A DNA stretch of 44,788 bases from a virus (taxonomy: Duplodnaviria; Caudoviricetes). The notes beneath the pieces are model-generated. The model saw only the letters and a list, made by a program, of their open reading frames with translations. It did no database searches and had not been told where the DNA came from. Below, one piece after another: positions 9,597 through 19,194 of this stretch (positions within the stretch are counted from its first letter, which is position 1; every line of letters starts with the position of its first letter). The position numbers and the translations under genes are program-made. The stretch covers positions 1-44,788 of the IMG/VR virus record IMGVR_UViG_3300037243_000055; one strand, 5' to 3'.

Positions 9597-10694
9597 ATGG
9601 CTGATCTCGTGAAATACACTGGACCGTGGAAGGGTTTGAATACCGATAACCCTGAAAATTCTATTGATGCTCACGAGGCTGCTCAGTGTGATAACTTTAT
9701 TCTTAGGGGCGGAGAGATAATTTCCGCCCCTAGGTTAAGCCAATGCTCACAGGGATTGCAGTATCAGAGTGAAATTTGTCGTGGCATTACAAGTTTCTTG
9801 GATGAAAATAATCTTTGGCATACGATGGCGTTTTCAGATGTTTCGGCGTATCAGTTAAGCAATACGCGTCAGTGGAAATTTCTAAGCAAATTGCCTATAC
9901 GTGGCGGCGGTAGTTCAGCATTTGCGGTGCTGATTACAAAGATGTTTATGGTGAATTATAGCCCATTTCTGTACTCCTGGGGCGGTATTACAAATACGCT
10001 TGGGGTAGAGTACGCTGGTATTGGGGCGAAGTATATCGTAGAGCTTGATTCAAGATTACTCCTGTTAAATACGGTCGAGGTCGTGAATGGCTCTGTACAG
10101 TATTTTGAACAACGAATTAGAGCTACGCCAAGTGGTGTGACGAATGTTTTTAGCCCGTCTGATTCTGGTGGATTGGCTACTGGTGCTTGGTTTGTGGATA
10201 TGCTGGACTGTCCTGATGTGATTATGGGTTGTATAACCGTTGGAGCCTCGGCATATATACTTCGCACTAACGGAATTTCACAACTTACACCGCTTTCAAC
10301 TAGCGGAAATAATCCATTTACGATTAACCATATGTGGGCTTCTGAACGCGGAATGGGAAATATTTATGCTCAGGCGTGCGCTCAATACGGTTCGATTGGA
10401 ATATTCGTTTCGACTGAGGATGTTTATCAGCTATCTCCCAGTGGTTTTAATTCCATAGCCCCAACGGTGCGTTATAAACTTTTGAGTGATCTTTCAAATG
10501 CAACTTTCACTCCAATGGGCGCGATTATTCCACAACTAGCACAGGGTTTTGTTTATCCCATGTATGTGCTATCTATCCCCACTGGGAACAATACAGTTTT
10601 ATGGTGCTACGCGATCAATGAGCAGCAGTGGTTTCGTAGATTACTGCCGGGAAAACTTCTAACTGCCCCACCAAAATTTGTGATTGTGGAGTAA
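9597..10694 (+). CDS. Tail nozzle / DNA-stabilisation protein (P22 gp10- or T7 gp12-like beta-propeller), N-terminal part
   Basis: N-terminal GPWKGLNT...P..I...EA..CDN motif of nozzle proteins; repeated beta-blade pattern. Confidence 0.65.
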   Translation: MADLVKYTGPWKGLNTDNPENSIDAHEAAQCDNFILRGGEIISAPRLSQCSQGLQYQSEICRGITSFLDENNLWHTMAFSDVSAYQLSNTRQWKFLSKLPIRGGGSSAFAVLITKMFMVNYSPFLYSWGGITNTLGVEYAGIGAKYIVELDSRLLLLNTVEVVNGSVQYFEQRIRATPSGVTNVFSPSDSGGLATGAWFVDMLDCPDVIMGCITVGASAYILRTNGISQLTPLSTSGNNPFTINHMWASERGMGNIYAQACAQYGSIGIFVSTEDVYQLSPSGFNSIAPTVRYKLLSDLSNATFTPMGAIIPQLAQGFVYPMYVLSIPTGNNTVLWCYAINEQQWFRRLLPGKLLTAPPKFVIVE

Positions 10695-10696
10695 TT

Positions 10697-11272
10697 ATGA
10701 GCGTATATAGACCATATCCTGACGGAACTCCGGGTGGTTCAACTGGAGGCGGAAATAGTGGTGGCACTCAAACTTCGGGAGTGCCTGCAAGTATAGCTGC
10801 CACCCCAATAACAGGAGGTTTAACAGGTGCTTATGGTATGCTTCTGCTGCCGTTGTTTGATATGCACGCTGGAACACAGGTATTTGAATCACTTAATCTA
10901 GTTGATTTTAACACTGAACAGAGCAGTACATATCAATTTAAGATTGAGGATTTTGTGGATGGTGCTACGACCACAATTTCAAGGCTGCGGATTAAGTACA
11001 GGAATATTGGTAAGTGTAAATTCACTATACTGTTGCAGGGGATGTACACTTACGCATCAAAAACTATCACAATAGGACCGGGGACAAAAAATGGTCAGAC
11101 GCGTGCAGTTCCCAATCAAGCGGATTATCGGTTGTATAATGCTTATTGTGATATGGTATTCACCGATGAATCCCCTCAGCTAATTATACAGCGTGCCGCT
11201 AATGCAGGGCCATTGGATATTGTGTCTATCACTTTAATAGGTGGCGAGCATAAGCCACAGAAGGGAGCATAA
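10697..11272 (+). CDS. Tail structural protein (possible nozzle C-terminal part)
   Basis: Starts 2 nt after the preceding stop; beta-sandwich-like sequence. Confidence 0.5.
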   Translation: MSVYRPYPDGTPGGSTGGGNSGGTQTSGVPASIAATPITGGLTGAYGMLLLPLFDMHAGTQVFESLNLVDFNTEQSSTYQFKIEDFVDGATTTISRLRIKYRNIGKCKFTILLQGMYTYASKTITIGPGTKNGQTRAVPNQADYRLYNAYCDMVFTDESPQLIIQRAANAGPLDIVSITLIGGEHKPQKGA

Positions 11273-11598
11273 TGTCAAAGTTCATTCCATTGCAAGGTCA
11301 CACAGTTTCGCATTTAGCTGAGTTTTGTAGGAATGCCTTTAACTCAATGAACAACCTTACACTTGGTGGTGTAGGCCAGGATGGAAATTTAAATGGGGCA
11401 CACGTAACTACGACTGCCGTATTAGCGGCCACAGATTATGCGGTACAGCATGATCTTTTACGCATCCCGAACGGTTATTTAGTTACTGGAACTAATAAGG
11501 CAGCACATATTTACACCGGAGTTACTGCATGGACAAAGAATAAGATTTATCTGCGCAGCGATACAGCGAATACGAAATTCACGGTTTTTGTCTTTTAG
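11272..11598 (+). CDS. Tail-associated protein
   Basis: TAATG coupling; H.L.R.P.GY motif common in phage tail proteins. Confidence 0.55.
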   Translation: MSKFIPLQGHTVSHLAEFCRNAFNSMNNLTLGGVGQDGNLNGAHVTTTAVLAATDYAVQHDLLRIPNGYLVTGTNKAAHIYTGVTAWTKNKIYLRSDTANTKFTVFVF

Positions 11599-11607
11599 GG
11601 GAGAGAA

Positions 11608-12009
11608 ATGGCAAATTTACAGGAACAGTTAATCGTGCAGTTGCAGACTACTGAGATCGCGTCTACAAACGTAGTTAGCACTCAGTCGGATACCTTCACT
11701 AACGCTAGTCTGACTTCAATGGCTTATTCAGACTTTGCGGTTTCGGGCGCTACTGGTGTTGAAACTCAGCTTCCAATTCCGTATAGTCCTGCACATGGGC
11801 TGTACATTAAGAATCTCAGCGCTACTGCTGGTCAGGGGCTTACATTAAATTTCACCCCAAACGGCGGAGTAGAGGCAACTATACTGATTTTACAACCGGG
11901 AGCTTGTTTAGTTTACTTTGACCCTATTGTAACCTCTGGCGGTATCACACAAGTTTCAATAACAGCACTTAGCGGCGTGACAAACTTTGCGTATAAAATC
12001 TTCGGCTAG
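11608..12009 (+). CDS. Virion structural protein
   Basis: GGAGA RBS; beta-rich (LYIKNLS motif). Confidence 0.55.
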   Translation: MANLQEQLIVQLQTTEIASTNVVSTQSDTFTNASLTSMAYSDFAVSGATGVETQLPIPYSPAHGLYIKNLSATAGQGLTLNFTPNGGVEATILILQPGACLVYFDPIVTSGGITQVSITALSGVTNFAYKIFG

Positions 12010-12017
12010 GGTGATAC

Positions 12018-12725
12018 GTGAAAATTAGCTCTCTAATTCCGGGTGTGCGTTTGAAGCTGGGAAACCGCAGCGATGTTGACGATCAGATTACTATCTGGCT
12101 TGCTGAGGCCATTCGGAATCTGAGTGTTAACTTCCCATTTACTGAGCTTCAAGTAATCGGTAACACTACTACCTTTAACCCAACTGGAGCAGTACAAACT
12201 AGGTACCCAGTAAGCTATTTCATGAACTCGACAAATGATGATTTAGCTTTCATTGATACTTGGTGGTATTGGTTTAGTGGTATCTCTGGTGCGGGACAGG
12301 TATTGAAATATCGAAATCCAGCCGCTATTATGTCGCTTATGCAGCTTGGTTCGATTAGTGGTGGCAATCCAACATACTGGACTCGATTTGGAAATCAGGT
12401 TATGGTTGCAATGCCGCCCAGCGCAGCATTTAATACCTTTTGGCTGTATCAACGGAAACATCCATTCCCAGAGTTCGGTAATGTTGGGGCGGTGGCAGAC
12501 AGTACAATTATGCTTCCTGATGAGTGGGCGGATGTGATTAAAACTGTCGCTGCAATTAAGGGCGCTCCTGATGTTGAGATGGTCGAGAAGATTCCGACCT
12601 GGCAAAAGTTACTTTATGGCGACCCAAAAACTACTGGTAATCCGGGGTTCATCAAAGCATTAACCAGTCAATATGAACGTGATTCTGCACGAAACGAGCG
12701 CCAAATTAGTTTCGTGGTGGAGTAA
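12018..12725 (+). CDS. Head-tail adaptor (P22 gp4- or T7 gp11-like)
   Basis: N-terminal helices (I..VR..LG...D..I..WL.EA), G.P.YW and LPDEW..VI...A motifs typical of podovirus adaptors. Confidence 0.7.
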   Translation: MKISSLIPGVRLKLGNRSDVDDQITIWLAEAIRNLSVNFPFTELQVIGNTTTFNPTGAVQTRYPVSYFMNSTNDDLAFIDTWWYWFSGISGAGQVLKYRNPAAIMSLMQLGSISGGNPTYWTRFGNQVMVAMPPSAAFNTFWLYQRKHPFPEFGNVGAVADSTIMLPDEWADVIKTVAAIKGAPDVEMVEKIPTWQKLLYGDPKTTGNPGFIKALTSQYERDSARNERQISFVVE

Positions 12726-12728
12726 TAA

Positions 12729-13448
12729 ATGGCAACTTCAGGTTTAGGCGTACCGTTCAACACGACTCCGACTTCTGGTGTAGGTGGTGCATTCGCCGGG
12801 ATGAATAATGGGAGTGCTGCTAATTTCGGCTTAGGTACTCCTACAGTATCGGCTGGTGGAAGTGGAAGTGTAGGTAATAGCATAGGCTCCGGTGGTTATA
12901 TACCAGAGAGTAGTTTAGGGAGCACCGAGAATAATGGGTTTCTTGGAACTACTAGCGGTAGTTCGCTATTTGGTAATGGTTCTGGCAGCTTTAATTATAA
13001 CACCGAGGGAGCTAATATCTTTGGTTTGGACCCAACATCAAGCACATATCAATGGCTTTCTAGCCATAACAGCAGTTTAACTGATACTTATGGTAAGGAT
13101 TCAGGTTCTGTGCTAGGCCAATTTGTACAAAGTGGTGCTGGTTTTAATCAGGAGGCATTGAATCAGCTATTTGATTCGATGGCACCTCAAGAGTATAAAC
13201 AGCTTTCTACCATAGCAAATCAACAAGGAACTCAGGGGACTCGCTTTAGTTCCGCAAACGATTTTGCTAATGCTGATTATATGGCGCAGGTTAACGCCAC
13301 ACAAACACAAGCTGAATTTAATGAGTATAATCAGGCTATTCAGAATATGATGAGTATCTTAATGGGGAGTAAGAATGTTCCGCAGCAAAATAATACATCA
13401 CAGCTAATCGAATCTGGTGTAAGTATGGCATTGTCGATGTTATCATAA
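12729..13448 (+). CDS. Internal virion / ejection protein (small)
   Basis: Gly/Ser/Asn/Gln-rich, helical C-terminus with G.RFSS motif; follows the adaptor. Confidence 0.6.
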   Translation: MATSGLGVPFNTTPTSGVGGAFAGMNNGSAANFGLGTPTVSAGGSGSVGNSIGSGGYIPESSLGSTENNGFLGTTSGSSLFGNGSGSFNYNTEGANIFGLDPTSSTYQWLSSHNSSLTDTYGKDSGSVLGQFVQSGAGFNQEALNQLFDSMAPQEYKQLSTIANQQGTQGTRFSSANDFANADYMAQVNATQTQAEFNEYNQAIQNMMSILMGSKNVPQQNNTSQLIESGVSMALSMLS

Positions 13449-13461
13449 AAGGAGCTGAAAA

Positions 13462-15264
13462 ATGGCAGATTTTGCTGCGGATTTAACACTTTCGGGCGGT
13501 GTACCGCAAGGAGCGCAACAAACACAAACTCCCTCGGACCCTACAATGAGTCCATATTTACAACAGATACTTGCACAACAGCAATATATGTTAACCCAAA
13601 CTCAACAAATGCCTCACATGAAAGAGGCGAATCAAGTTTCAGTGCCTGGAAGTATTGGACCTCAAGTGCAACAAGCAGGACAAAAGGGTGGCAAACAAAA
13701 TGCTGCCGCGTTGATAAACGGCTTGATGCAAGGTATGGGGAAAATTTATAATAAACATCAGGCTGATAAACAGGCTGCTGTACAGTCCGATTTACAGCGT
13801 GCTATGCAGCTACAAGGTTCAAATCAGCAATTAGGTCAATTGTTACAGCAATTGCAGCAGTTACCTCCGGCTGCACAGACACCAGCGACTAAACAACAGA
13901 TAATGCAGATTCAACAATCATTGCAGTCGAATCAGCAGAACATGAATTCCATTGCGACAGGCAAGAATGGTAAAGCACTACAAAAGATTTTGGGTGGAGT
14001 TGGAAATCCAATGGAAGCTAGTGACCCAGCTCATGCGCAAATGATACAGAAAAGTGCTGGAGAGGTGGCTCAAAAACAGGGCTTAACTCAAAAGTTGATG
14101 CAGCATTTTATGCATAGTCAGGCTAAACAAGGTCAGGCTCAACCGCAAGGAACTATGCCTGTGGGTGGGCAACCAAATGCAGGCGGGATTGGAAATTTAA
14201 CGAACCAACGGCCACAAGGAATTAACCCACAAGTTCAGGCTCAAGGCGGTCAACCACAAGGCGGTCAAGTTCCTATGTCCGCGCAGCAACCACAAGGCGC
14301 TCCGCAATTACAGAACCTAGCACCTTCCGGGCAGCCACAAACTCCCGGCGCTGGCGCTTTGGGTGGCGGAGCAGTACAGAATTTTTCTGATGGGATGCAG
14401 GTTAATCCGCAGGCTGCTCCCCAAAAAATTACTGCGGGACAGCGTTTGGCTCAGGGTTTGGATCAGTACACGGTGTATGGTGTTGGGCGTAATACTTATC
14501 GCGACGAAGCTTTGAAAGAGTATATGGAATTAACCAAGGCTGGTGCGATAATGAAGCCCAAGGATATCGCTGAGCTGATGGAAAAGCATGGGCATAATAC
14601 TGCGCTTGAACAGCACTGGGGGCGGCAGGATATAGTTAATCAGAATCGAATTATTCAGGCTGGTAACATTGCGGAGATCGCAGCAAAATCGCGGCTTAGC
14701 ACTGCTGTAATACAGGCTAATTCGCACCTAGCAGTTGAGCGTATCAGGGCTGAGAATAGGCTTAAGGTCGCTACCATAATGCGTAATAACCCAAAAACTG
14801 AGGTTGCCGGGCTTAAATTGCAAGCTAGTGTGCTGCAAAGTGAACTTGGGGATGGGAATCAGCGTTTGGGTAGCTTAGACCAATCAATCGCCGCACAACA
14901 AAAGGTAATTGACGGGCTTACTACAACGCTTGGGCCAAAGGATGTTTTACGCGATTTAACCACTGGACCGAAGAAACGTGCTGAGAACGCGGCGCATTTA
15001 AAATCCGCTCAGGATGATTTGAAAAAACTACAGACCGAACGGGAACAAAAACATTTCCAACTCGTAGAGATACAAAACAGACTATTGAATCTTGGCGCTC
15101 AAGGAGCAGGCGATGGCGGAACTGGGAGTGGAAGCACCACAATCAACTTCAACGATAGCAGCCCCGAAGCCGCTGGACAAGATTCAACAGAATCCTTCGA
15201 CAAAATCTTCGACGCCCTCAAAGGGGATTCAGACGGTTCCAGCGAAGGCGCAGAACAAGAATAA
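13462..15264 (+). CDS. Gln-rich internal virion / ejection protein
   Basis: 600 aa, Q/G/P low complexity plus C-terminal coiled coil; AAGGAG RBS. Confidence 0.6.
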   Translation: MADFAADLTLSGGVPQGAQQTQTPSDPTMSPYLQQILAQQQYMLTQTQQMPHMKEANQVSVPGSIGPQVQQAGQKGGKQNAAALINGLMQGMGKIYNKHQADKQAAVQSDLQRAMQLQGSNQQLGQLLQQLQQLPPAAQTPATKQQIMQIQQSLQSNQQNMNSIATGKNGKALQKILGGVGNPMEASDPAHAQMIQKSAGEVAQKQGLTQKLMQHFMHSQAKQGQAQPQGTMPVGGQPNAGGIGNLTNQRPQGINPQVQAQGGQPQGGQVPMSAQQPQGAPQLQNLAPSGQPQTPGAGALGGGAVQNFSDGMQVNPQAAPQKITAGQRLAQGLDQYTVYGVGRNTYRDEALKEYMELTKAGAIMKPKDIAELMEKHGHNTALEQHWGRQDIVNQNRIIQAGNIAEIAAKSRLSTAVIQANSHLAVERIRAENRLKVATIMRNNPKTEVAGLKLQASVLQSELGDGNQRLGSLDQSIAAQQKVIDGLTTTLGPKDVLRDLTTGPKKRAENAAHLKSAQDDLKKLQTEREQKHFQLVEIQNRLLNLGAQGAGDGGTGSGSTTINFNDSSPEAAGQDSTESFDKIFDALKGDSDGSSEGAEQE

Positions 15265-18200
15265 CGAAGTTCAGGGAATAAAAAATGTTCTTGCCACGCC
15301 ACTTGGTAAACTCCAAGTGGCAGTTGGTATTGCGCTTAAACACCCGAAGTATGTAAATTCAGTTGGCGGGGATTATAAGTTCAATTACCGGAGAGAGCTT
15401 TGGGATAAGCGGATTGAACCATATATGCTCCAGCATGGTAAAGGCTATGAGCAATTTGACCGGGAAGCTTTCTTAGCTAGTGGTGAGCTTAAATCACAAG
15501 AGCACCATAATTCGTTCGAAGTGTTTAAAGAGGGCATTGTTAAGGGCGAGCTTGATCTTGCAAGCGTGACAAGCAAGTTGGCGCACTACGTAGCCACGGC
15601 TCCCTTTTATGGCGATAAGAGTCCAGCTGAGGCTCACATTAAAGACGCTACTGAACAAAAGATCGACCATAAATTCAACCAATTTCAAGATTGGATCGGC
15701 CAGAAACGCTCCGCATCGGAAGAGCGTTTGCAGGAAGTAACAAATGGGAGCATTCAGGATTGGATGCTTTCCGGTGCGGGGCATTTACTGCCACAATTAC
15801 CCTTGTGGTATGTTGGTGGCGAAGCTGCTGGCGCGCTTGATGCTGGACTTCCCGCTGTAACTGCGACTGGAGCTAAGGGCATAGCCCAAGGTTTAATGCG
15901 GAAAGCAATTATAGACGCTGGTGAAGGTATTGGCTATACCGCACTTGACGACCCAAAAAGTTGGAAAGATTATGCACAGGGAGCTGGTTCTTTTGCTGTA
16001 GCGAATCCTGTAATGCGTTACGTCGGTAAACTAATCGGCTTTGGTGGGCATGAATGGGAGCGTAAGAATATTGCCGCTGCTGTTCAACACTTCGCGGATA
16101 AGGAAGGGGCGGCCCATGCAATTAACGTCGCAGCTTCCGAGGGCGGTTTTAATCGTGAGGGGCTTGCTAAAGTTGAAAATCTTATCCCAACTCGCGGAGC
16201 GGCTGATATAGCGCTGGACAAAAAATTAAATGATCCAGTTATACAGACCCACGTTGATATGCTCAATGCGATGGCGAAGTATATGCATGGCCGGAGTGGT
16301 TTCCAGTTCCTAAATGCGGAGCAACGACTTGGTGTAGTACAGAATTTTGGCAAAATCTTTAAAATGGCAATGGAACGTCCAGTTGAAGCGGCTCCTGAAC
16401 TAGCAGTGCCTGTTATTACTAAAGCACTTGTAGCAGCAACCGGAATGGAAGAAAAACTGGCGCAACAGGTTGCTAAGGGAAATGTTGAATCAGTAGAAGC
16501 AGCTAGGACTACAGCTGATAAGACTGAGCACAGTATTACTGAAACGCTTACTAAAGCTGCCGAAGCGCATGGAATGTCAGTGCCGGATGTAGATGTTCAT
16601 GGTGACGGAACTGTAGGTGCGGCATCTAATAAGAGTCTCGCATTTTACAATAACATGATGAAATTCATGCGTGATCGTGCTGGTTTCATTTTCGGCAACA
16701 TTGGGGTGGAACGTGGTGAAAATCGCATCCTAATGACGATGAAGCTAGTGCATGATGGTACGCTTCAAATGTCGGCAGGCGAGCGTAAAATATTCCTTGA
16801 CGAAGCTCTAACTCATTTGCAGCGTAGTAGCCGTCCACAATATCGTGAAATTCGTAATGTCGAGGATGCGGTTGAGCAGGCTGGCACTTTGTGGAATAAG
16901 ATGGGCCAAGTTCAACGCAATGAGACTCACGCTGATGTGATGAAGCATTATAATAAAAAAGGGCAGACTGTACTTTTTGGCTCGTCACTTCCACGTAAAG
17001 CGGATAAAATTACTGGAACGGAACATGACATTGCGCTGGATGAGATTGAGCGTGAGAGGCTACGAACACTCTGGAATGAGCGTAATGGTGTAATGGGCGG
17101 TGAAGTACACAAGGTCGAGGCACCAAAGGAAAAGCTTGGAGATATTGAACCTCAGCGAGAAATGGTAACGGATAAAGACGGTAACACACGCGTTAAGATT
17201 GGCATGGATAAAGACCGTGGAATCCGTATGACTATTACGGGGCTTTATAAAGATCGTGGTCCACGTAAGCAGATGATTGAGATGGTTCAGAATGCTTATG
17301 ATGAGGTTCGCACTGCGATTAGGAATAAACTGGATGGCCCGCATGAGATCACACTTATAACTGGTAATGGTGACCCAAGATTTAGCTCAATTAACACGCC
17401 AGAAAATGAGGCTGATTTTATTAAATGGTACTCAGAGAAATATAATTGGACTGGCGCAGAGGAAGAAGCTAAAAAAGAATGGGCCAAGCAAGAGTATTAT
17501 GTCTCGAAGTGGAAAACGGAACGTGGTTTAGATTCCGCCCCGAAATTACCCTTCTTCTCCATTCATGATACTGGGCGAGGCATGACTAAAGAGCAGCTTG
17601 GTACAGTTTTTACTGACGTTTATTCTTCAGGCAAAGCTGACGATGCTGGAGCTTCTGGTGGTTGGGGCGTTGCAAAAACTAGCTTTCAACTCGGCGGGGA
17701 ATATTTTCGTGCGGATTCTGTGGTACGTGAAGGGAATAAGATTGTACGTCATATAATGGAAGGTACGCCGGATGAATTACTGGATGGTGTGCCGATTAAG
17801 ACTGAGGTTCTGTGGCGTGAGAACGCAGTAAATACAGGTGAAAAACCTCGTACTGGACTTACGGTTACAACTTGGGTGCCAGAAGATAAAAGTTACGCGG
17901 CGAATTATGAGGTAAGAGATGCCTGGGAAAAAATTGCAGAACATGGAGATAAGAATATTACGTTCAAGTCTGAACGTTATGCTCAAACTCCTACTGATGA
18001 TGTAATTAACAGGGCAACTCCTGCTAAACCAGCCGAGTTAGGTGACCCAATTCAGCATTTCGACTTTGAAGGCAGCAAAGTTGATCTTTATAAGGGGCCA
18101 GTATCAACTGTAGCTCAGGGTTCAGTTGAGGTACGGCTTCTTAATCAAGGATTGTATCAAGGGGCTAAGAGCGTATATTTACCTGAACCTGTAAAAGGGC

Positions 18201-19132
18201 TTCCAGAGTATATCACCGCTGACGTTTCAGCCACTAAAGTTCGTCCCGGCCATGAGAAATATCCTTGGACTCAAAGCCGTGAGGAACTGCATCCGGAGAT
18301 TCAGAACGAGATAGATAAATATGTTAAGCAGGAATTATTTAATCATCTATCTAAGCAGCGTAAAACAGAACTTCAAGCAGCCTGGGATTCAATTTATGAG
18401 CATAAATATACCAAAGCGAATGGTACAGAAGGAACTGTCCATGTTTATGCCGAGTCTCCAGAACTTAATGCTGTAGCTAAGGATATGATGCAGTCCCCAT
18501 TCTGGACAAATTATCTTGAGCAAGTTGGTGCAATTTCAGACTACTTCAAGGATAATTTCACTATGGCTGGAACCTATGCCAAAGGACGGAAGTCTGAGGT
18601 AGAGAAAGTTGGGATATTCCTTCCGAAGCCAAACGAGAATAGTGTGACGTTTGGAATTAACGTCCCAAATCCTGGCAATGGAGGTAAGAGTGAGGCCATA
18701 TTCCTCAATCCATTTGGCACACAGGATTGGAATTTAATGCGCCTACATAATAATCCTGAGGTCGAACTTTATAACACAGCCTCACAACACGCAGCACATC
18801 AGTTTAATACTATTCTTCATGAATTTGCCCACAATGCAGTACGTAATCATGGCGTGGACTTTGAGGGTCGTATGGCTGAAATGTATGCATTTATTGAGAT
18901 GGAAGATGAGTTTCAAATGCGTAAAAATCTAGCGGCAGCTATTTCAGGAACTTCTGCAAATGCAGAGAAAGGGAGCAGCAATGTCAGACCTTCAAGTGAA
19001 TATGCAGAGACGTTACAGCGGTATTTTAAAGCGGGAAGGGAAGAAGGCAGCGGAGGGGAGTCTCTTGTCAGAACTGGAGTTAGTTCAAAGCAGCCTAAAA
19101 AAGACAGAATTATCCCAAGCTCAGGCGGATAG
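15113..19132 (+). CDS. Large ejection-type protein with a GHL (Hsp90/MutL/MORC-like) ATPase domain and C-terminal HExxH metallopeptidase
   Basis: AAGGAG RBS before ATG 15113; N-box EMVQNAYD, G1 HDTGRGM, G2 SSGK...GGWGVAK, motif IV TGLTVTTWVP; HEFAHNAVRNH near the C-terminus. Confidence 0.8.
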   Translation: MAELGVEAPQSTSTIAAPKPLDKIQQNPSTKSSTPSKGIQTVPAKAQNKNNEVQGIKNVLATPLGKLQVAVGIALKHPKYVNSVGGDYKFNYRRELWDKRIEPYMLQHGKGYEQFDREAFLASGELKSQEHHNSFEVFKEGIVKGELDLASVTSKLAHYVATAPFYGDKSPAEAHIKDATEQKIDHKFNQFQDWIGQKRSASEERLQEVTNGSIQDWMLSGAGHLLPQLPLWYVGGEAAGALDAGLPAVTATGAKGIAQGLMRKAIIDAGEGIGYTALDDPKSWKDYAQGAGSFAVANPVMRYVGKLIGFGGHEWERKNIAAAVQHFADKEGAAHAINVAASEGGFNREGLAKVENLIPTRGAADIALDKKLNDPVIQTHVDMLNAMAKYMHGRSGFQFLNAEQRLGVVQNFGKIFKMAMERPVEAAPELAVPVITKALVAATGMEEKLAQQVAKGNVESVEAARTTADKTEHSITETLTKAAEAHGMSVPDVDVHGDGTVGAASNKSLAFYNNMMKFMRDRAGFIFGNIGVERGENRILMTMKLVHDGTLQMSAGERKIFLDEALTHLQRSSRPQYREIRNVEDAVEQAGTLWNKMGQVQRNETHADVMKHYNKKGQTVLFGSSLPRKADKITGTEHDIALDEIERERLRTLWNERNGVMGGEVHKVEAPKEKLGDIEPQREMVTDKDGNTRVKIGMDKDRGIRMTITGLYKDRGPRKQMIEMVQNAYDEVRTAIRNKLDGPHEITLITGNGDPRFSSINTPENEADFIKWYSEKYNWTGAEEEAKKEWAKQEYYVSKWKTERGLDSAPKLPFFSIHDTGRGMTKEQLGTVFTDVYSSGKADDAGASGGWGVAKTSFQLGGEYFRADSVVREGNKIVRHIMEGTPDELLDGVPIKTEVLWRENAVNTGEKPRTGLTVTTWVPEDKSYAANYEVRDAWEKIAEHGDKNITFKSERYAQTPTDDVINRATPAKPAELGDPIQHFDFEGSKVDLYKGPVSTVAQGSVEVRLLNQGLYQGAKSVYLPEPVKGLPEYITADVSATKVRPGHEKYPWTQSREELHPEIQNEIDKYVKQELFNHLSKQRKTELQAAWDSIYEHKYTKANGTEGTVHVYAESPELNAVAKDMMQSPFWTNYLEQVGAISDYFKDNFTMAGTYAKGRKSEVEKVGIFLPKPNENSVTFGINVPNPGNGGKSEAIFLNPFGTQDWNLMRLHNNPEVELYNTASQHAAHQFNTILHEFAHNAVRNHGVDFEGRMAEMYAFIEMEDEFQMRKNLAAAISGTSANAEKGSSNVRPSSEYAETLQRYFKAGREEGSGGESLVRTGVSSKQPKKDRIIPSSGG

Positions 19133-19194
19133 TTTTAAGGCGGCGGCACATCAAACTGCGAGGGCGTTAAGCTTAAACATCGAGGAGTAGGACA

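Noticed and set aside
17190-17880. Histidine kinase or bona fide HtpG
   Set aside because: There is no H-box/dimerisation domain and no recognisable Hsp90 middle or C-terminal domains; only GHL-family membership is supported.
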